64,000 bases of DNA, taken from Bugula neritina. Its lineage: Eukaryota; Animalia; Bryozoa. The DNA lies in NCBI GenBank assembly GCA_964035545.1, contig CAXIUT010000183.1:992001-1056000 (forward strand). Direction: 5' to 3'. Positions 60,977 through 64,000 of the stretch are shown here, one piece after another (position 1 is the stretch's first letter; each line of letters opens with the position of its first letter). The translations under genes were made by a program, and so were the position numbers. The notes under the pieces were generated by a model. The model searched no databases, was not told the origin of the DNA, and worked only from the letters and a program-made list of their open reading frames with translations.

Positions 60977-62479
60977 TGTAACATATTGAAATACACTGCA
61001 ACACATTGAAATATACTGCAACATAACGAACTATATGGTAACCTACTGAAATATATTTTAACACATTGAAAAATACTGCAACATACTGAAATATATTTTA
61101 ACACATTGAAAAATACTGCAACATACTGAAATATACTGTAACACACCGAAATATACTGCAACATACTGAAATACACTGTAACATACTGAAATATACTGCA
61201 ACATACTGAAATACACTGCTACATACTGCAACATACTGCAACATACTGCAACATACTGAAATACACTGTAACATACTGAAATAAACTGCAACATACTACA
61301 ACATATTGAAATACACTGCAACACATTGAAATATACTGCTACATACCTAAATATACGGTAATATACTGAAATATACTGTAACACATTGAAAAAACTGCAA
61401 CATACTGAAATACACTGCAACGCACTGAAATACACCGCAAAATACTACAACATGCTGAAATACACTGTAACATATTGAAATCCACTGCAACACATTGAAA
61501 TATACTGCAACATACCGAAATATATGGTAAACTACTGAAATAGACTTTAACACATTGAAAAATACTGCAACATACAGAAATATACTGTAACACACTGAAA
61601 TATACTGCAACATACTGAAATATACTGCGACACATTGCAATATACTGTAACATATTGAAATATGCTGTAGCACACTGAAATACACTGCAACATCCTACAA
61701 CATACTGAAATACACTGTAACATATTGAAATACACTGCAACACATTGAAATATACTGCAACATAACGAACTATATGGTAACCTACTGAAATATATTTTAA
61801 CACATTGAAAAATACTGCAACATACTGAAATATATTTTAACACATTGAAAAATACTGCAACATACTGAAATATACTGTAACACACCGAAATATACTGCAA
61901 CATACTGAAATACACTGTAACATACTGAAATATACTGCAACATACTGAAATACACTGCTACATACTGCAACATACTGCAACATACTGCAACATACTGAAA
62001 TACACTGTAACATACTGAAATAAACTGCAACATACTACAACATATTGAAATACACTGCAACACATTGAAATATACTGCTACATACCTAAATATACGGTAA
62101 TATACTGAAATATACTGTAACACATTGAAAAAACTGCAACATACTGAAATACACTGCAACGCACTGAAATACACCGCAAAATACTACAACATGCTGAAAT
62201 ACACTGTAACATATTGAAATCCACTGCAACACATTGAAATATACTGCAACATACCGAAATATATGGTAAACTACTGAAATAGACTTTAACACATTGAAAA
62301 ATACTGCAACATACAGAAATATACTGTAACACACTGAAATATACTGCAACATACTGAAATATACTGCGACACATTGCAATATACTGTAACATATTGAAAT
62401 ATGCTGTAGCACACTGAAATACACTGCAACATCCTACAACATACTGAAATACACTGTAACATATTGAAATACACTGCAA
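60977..62479. repeat. Second occurrence of the nested 739-bp tandem duplication
   Basis: ORFs 61058->61797 and 61347->62086. This block lies 5186 bp from the first occurrence. Confidence 0.9.
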
Positions 62480-64000
62480 GAAATTGAAATAGACTGCAAC
62501 ATAACAAAATATATGGTAAACTACTGAAATAGACTTTAACACATTGAAAAATACTGCAACATACAGAAATATACTGTAACACACTGAAATATACTGCAAC
62601 ATACTGAAATACACTGTAACATTCTGAAATATACTGCAACATACTGAAATACACTGCTACATACTGAAATATACTGCAACATACTGCAAAATACTGCAAC
62701 ATACTGAAATACACTGTAACATATTGAAGTACACTGCAACACATTGAAATATACTGCAACATGCCAAAATATATGGTAAACAACTGAAATATACTTTAAC
62801 ACATTGAAAAATACTGCAACATACTGAAATATACTGCGACACTTTGCAATATACTGTAACATACCGAAATATGCTCTAGCACACTGAAATACACTGCAAC
62901 TCACTGAAATATACTGCAACATACTGAAATACACTGTGACATCCTGAAATATACTGCAACATTCTGAAATACACTGCTACATACTGAAATATACTGCATC
63001 ATACTGCAACATACTGAAATACACTGCAACATACTACAACATACTGAAATACACTGCAACACATTGAAATATACTGCAACATACCTAAATATATGGTAAT
63101 ATACCGAAATATACTGTAACGCATTGCAAAATACTGCAACATACTGAAATACACTGCGACACACTGAAATACGCTGCAAAATACTACAACATACTGAAAT
63201 AAACTGTAACACATTGAAATACACTGCAATACATTGAAAAATAATGCAATATACTGATATATACTGTAACACACTGAAATATACTGCAACATACTGAAAT
63301 ACACTGTAACATACTGAAATATACTGTAACATACTGCAACATACTGAATTACACTGTAACATACTGAGATACACTGCCGCATACTGCAACATATTGAACT
63401 ACACTGCAACACATTGAAATATATTGCAACTTATCGAATATATGGAAAACTACTGAAATATACTGTAACGCATTGAAAAAGACTGCAACATACTGAAATA
63501 TATTGCGACACCTAGCAATATACTGTAACATACTGAAATATGCTCTAGCACACTGAAATACAATGCAACTTACTGAAATATACTGCAACATACTGAAATA
63601 CACTGCAACATCCTACAATATGCTGAAATACACAGTAACATATTGAAATACACTGCAACACTTTGAAATATACTGCAACATACCGAAATATATGGTAAAC
63701 TACTGCAACATACTACAACATACTGAAATACACTGCAACACATTGAAATATACTGCGACATACCTAAATATACGGTAATATACTGAAATAAACTGTAACA
63801 CATTGAAAAATACTGCAACATACTGAAATATACTGTAACACACCGAAATATACTGCAACATACTGAAATACACTGTAACATACTGAAATACACTGCTACA
63901 TACTGAAATATACTGCAACATACTGCAACATACTGAAATACACAGTAACATACTGAAATAAACTGCAACATACTACAACATATTGAAATACACTGCAACA

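Larger units (their letters stand above)
168..63998 (-). other. Spurious overlapping minus-strand ORFs (not genes)
   Basis: The minus-strand consensus ATGTTGCAGTATATTTCAGT has no stop codon, and three 20-nt units give a 20-aa cycle (MLQYISVCCSIFQYVAVYFS) in all three frames. On the plus strand, TGA/TAA cycle through all frames. ORF ends simply fall at variant monomers containing CTA, TTA or TCA. Confidence 0.93.
1..64000. repeat. Satellite DNA array: 10-bp monomer (ACTGCAACAT / ACTGAAATAT / ACTGAAATAC / ACTGTAACAT) arranged mostly as a 20-bp dimer; runs off both ends of the window
   Basis: Every 10-nt block in the listing is a variant of ACTG[ACT]AA[CT]A[CT]. GAAAT-type and GYAAC-type monomers mostly alternate. 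Orientation is the same throughout (A/C-rich, G-poor + strand) and no non-repeat sequence was seen. Confidence 0.99.
49865..64000. repeat. Higher-order repeat family with successive unit lengths of 3857, 5186 and 4596 bp, plus a partial fourth unit
   Basis: 143-aa ORF at 49931/53788/58974/63570. The junction AAAAGACTGC...TTGCGACACCTAG lies at about 53722/58908/63504. 4596 = 3857 + 739 and 5186 = 4596 + 590. Confidence 0.9.

Noticed and set aside
168-63998. Hundreds of 60-358 aa Cys/Tyr/Val-rich ORFs as real membrane or repeat proteins
   Set aside because: They overlap in all three frames with the same cyclic peptide, the repeat unit is not a multiple of 3, there are no unique domains, and stops and frameshifts fall wherever variant monomers occur.
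1-64000. CRISPR array or other repeat-spacer system
   Set aside because: There are no unique spacers: sequence between landmarks is itself the 10-bp repeat. No cas or other genes are present.
1-64000. Telomerase-made telomeric repeat (strand-asymmetric, T/G-rich minus strand)
   Set aside because: There are no G-runs. Variants are inherited in multi-kb duplicated blocks, which indicates recombinational amplification rather than templated addition. A subtelomeric location is not excluded.
1-64000. Identity with Drosophila Prodsat, alpha satellite or a CENP-B box
   Set aside because: Only the 10-bp length or the higher-order architecture is shared. The sequence differs and no CENP-B box consensus was seen.
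1-64000. Inversions or embedded mobile elements
   Set aside because: No reverse-orientation monomers (ATGTTGCAGT) and no non-satellite sequence were seen on the + strand.

Overview
The whole 64 kb window is one uninterrupted, head-to-tail satellite DNA array. I see no genes, RNA genes, transposon insertions, inversions or unique sequence. The array has at least four nested levels. (1) A 10-bp monomer, ACTG[A/C/T]AA[C/T]A[C/T]. (2) A 20-bp alternation of ACTGAAATAY and ACTGYAACAY. (3) Modules of mostly 140-390 bp, each marked by a landmark monomer pair, ACCGAAATAT-ATGGTAAACT or ACCTAAATAT-ACGGTAATAT. (4) A patchwork of recent, near-identical multi-kb tandem duplications whose period changes along the array: 4889/5358, ~1519, 4109/4169, 4750, 2068, 2679 x3, and 3857/5186/4596 with a nested 739. 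All ORFs in the track are minus-strand artefacts of a stop-free 20-bp repeat. The most interesting points are a traceable history of in-register duplication and deletion, a dyad (TACCG-N7-CGGTA) at the module landmark, strong conservation of the 10-bp register, and hints of CpG decay. The architecture fits a eukaryotic (peri)centromeric or heterochromatic satellite, but function and host cannot be established from this sequence alone. Block boundaries were traced by hand and may be off by a few tens of bp.
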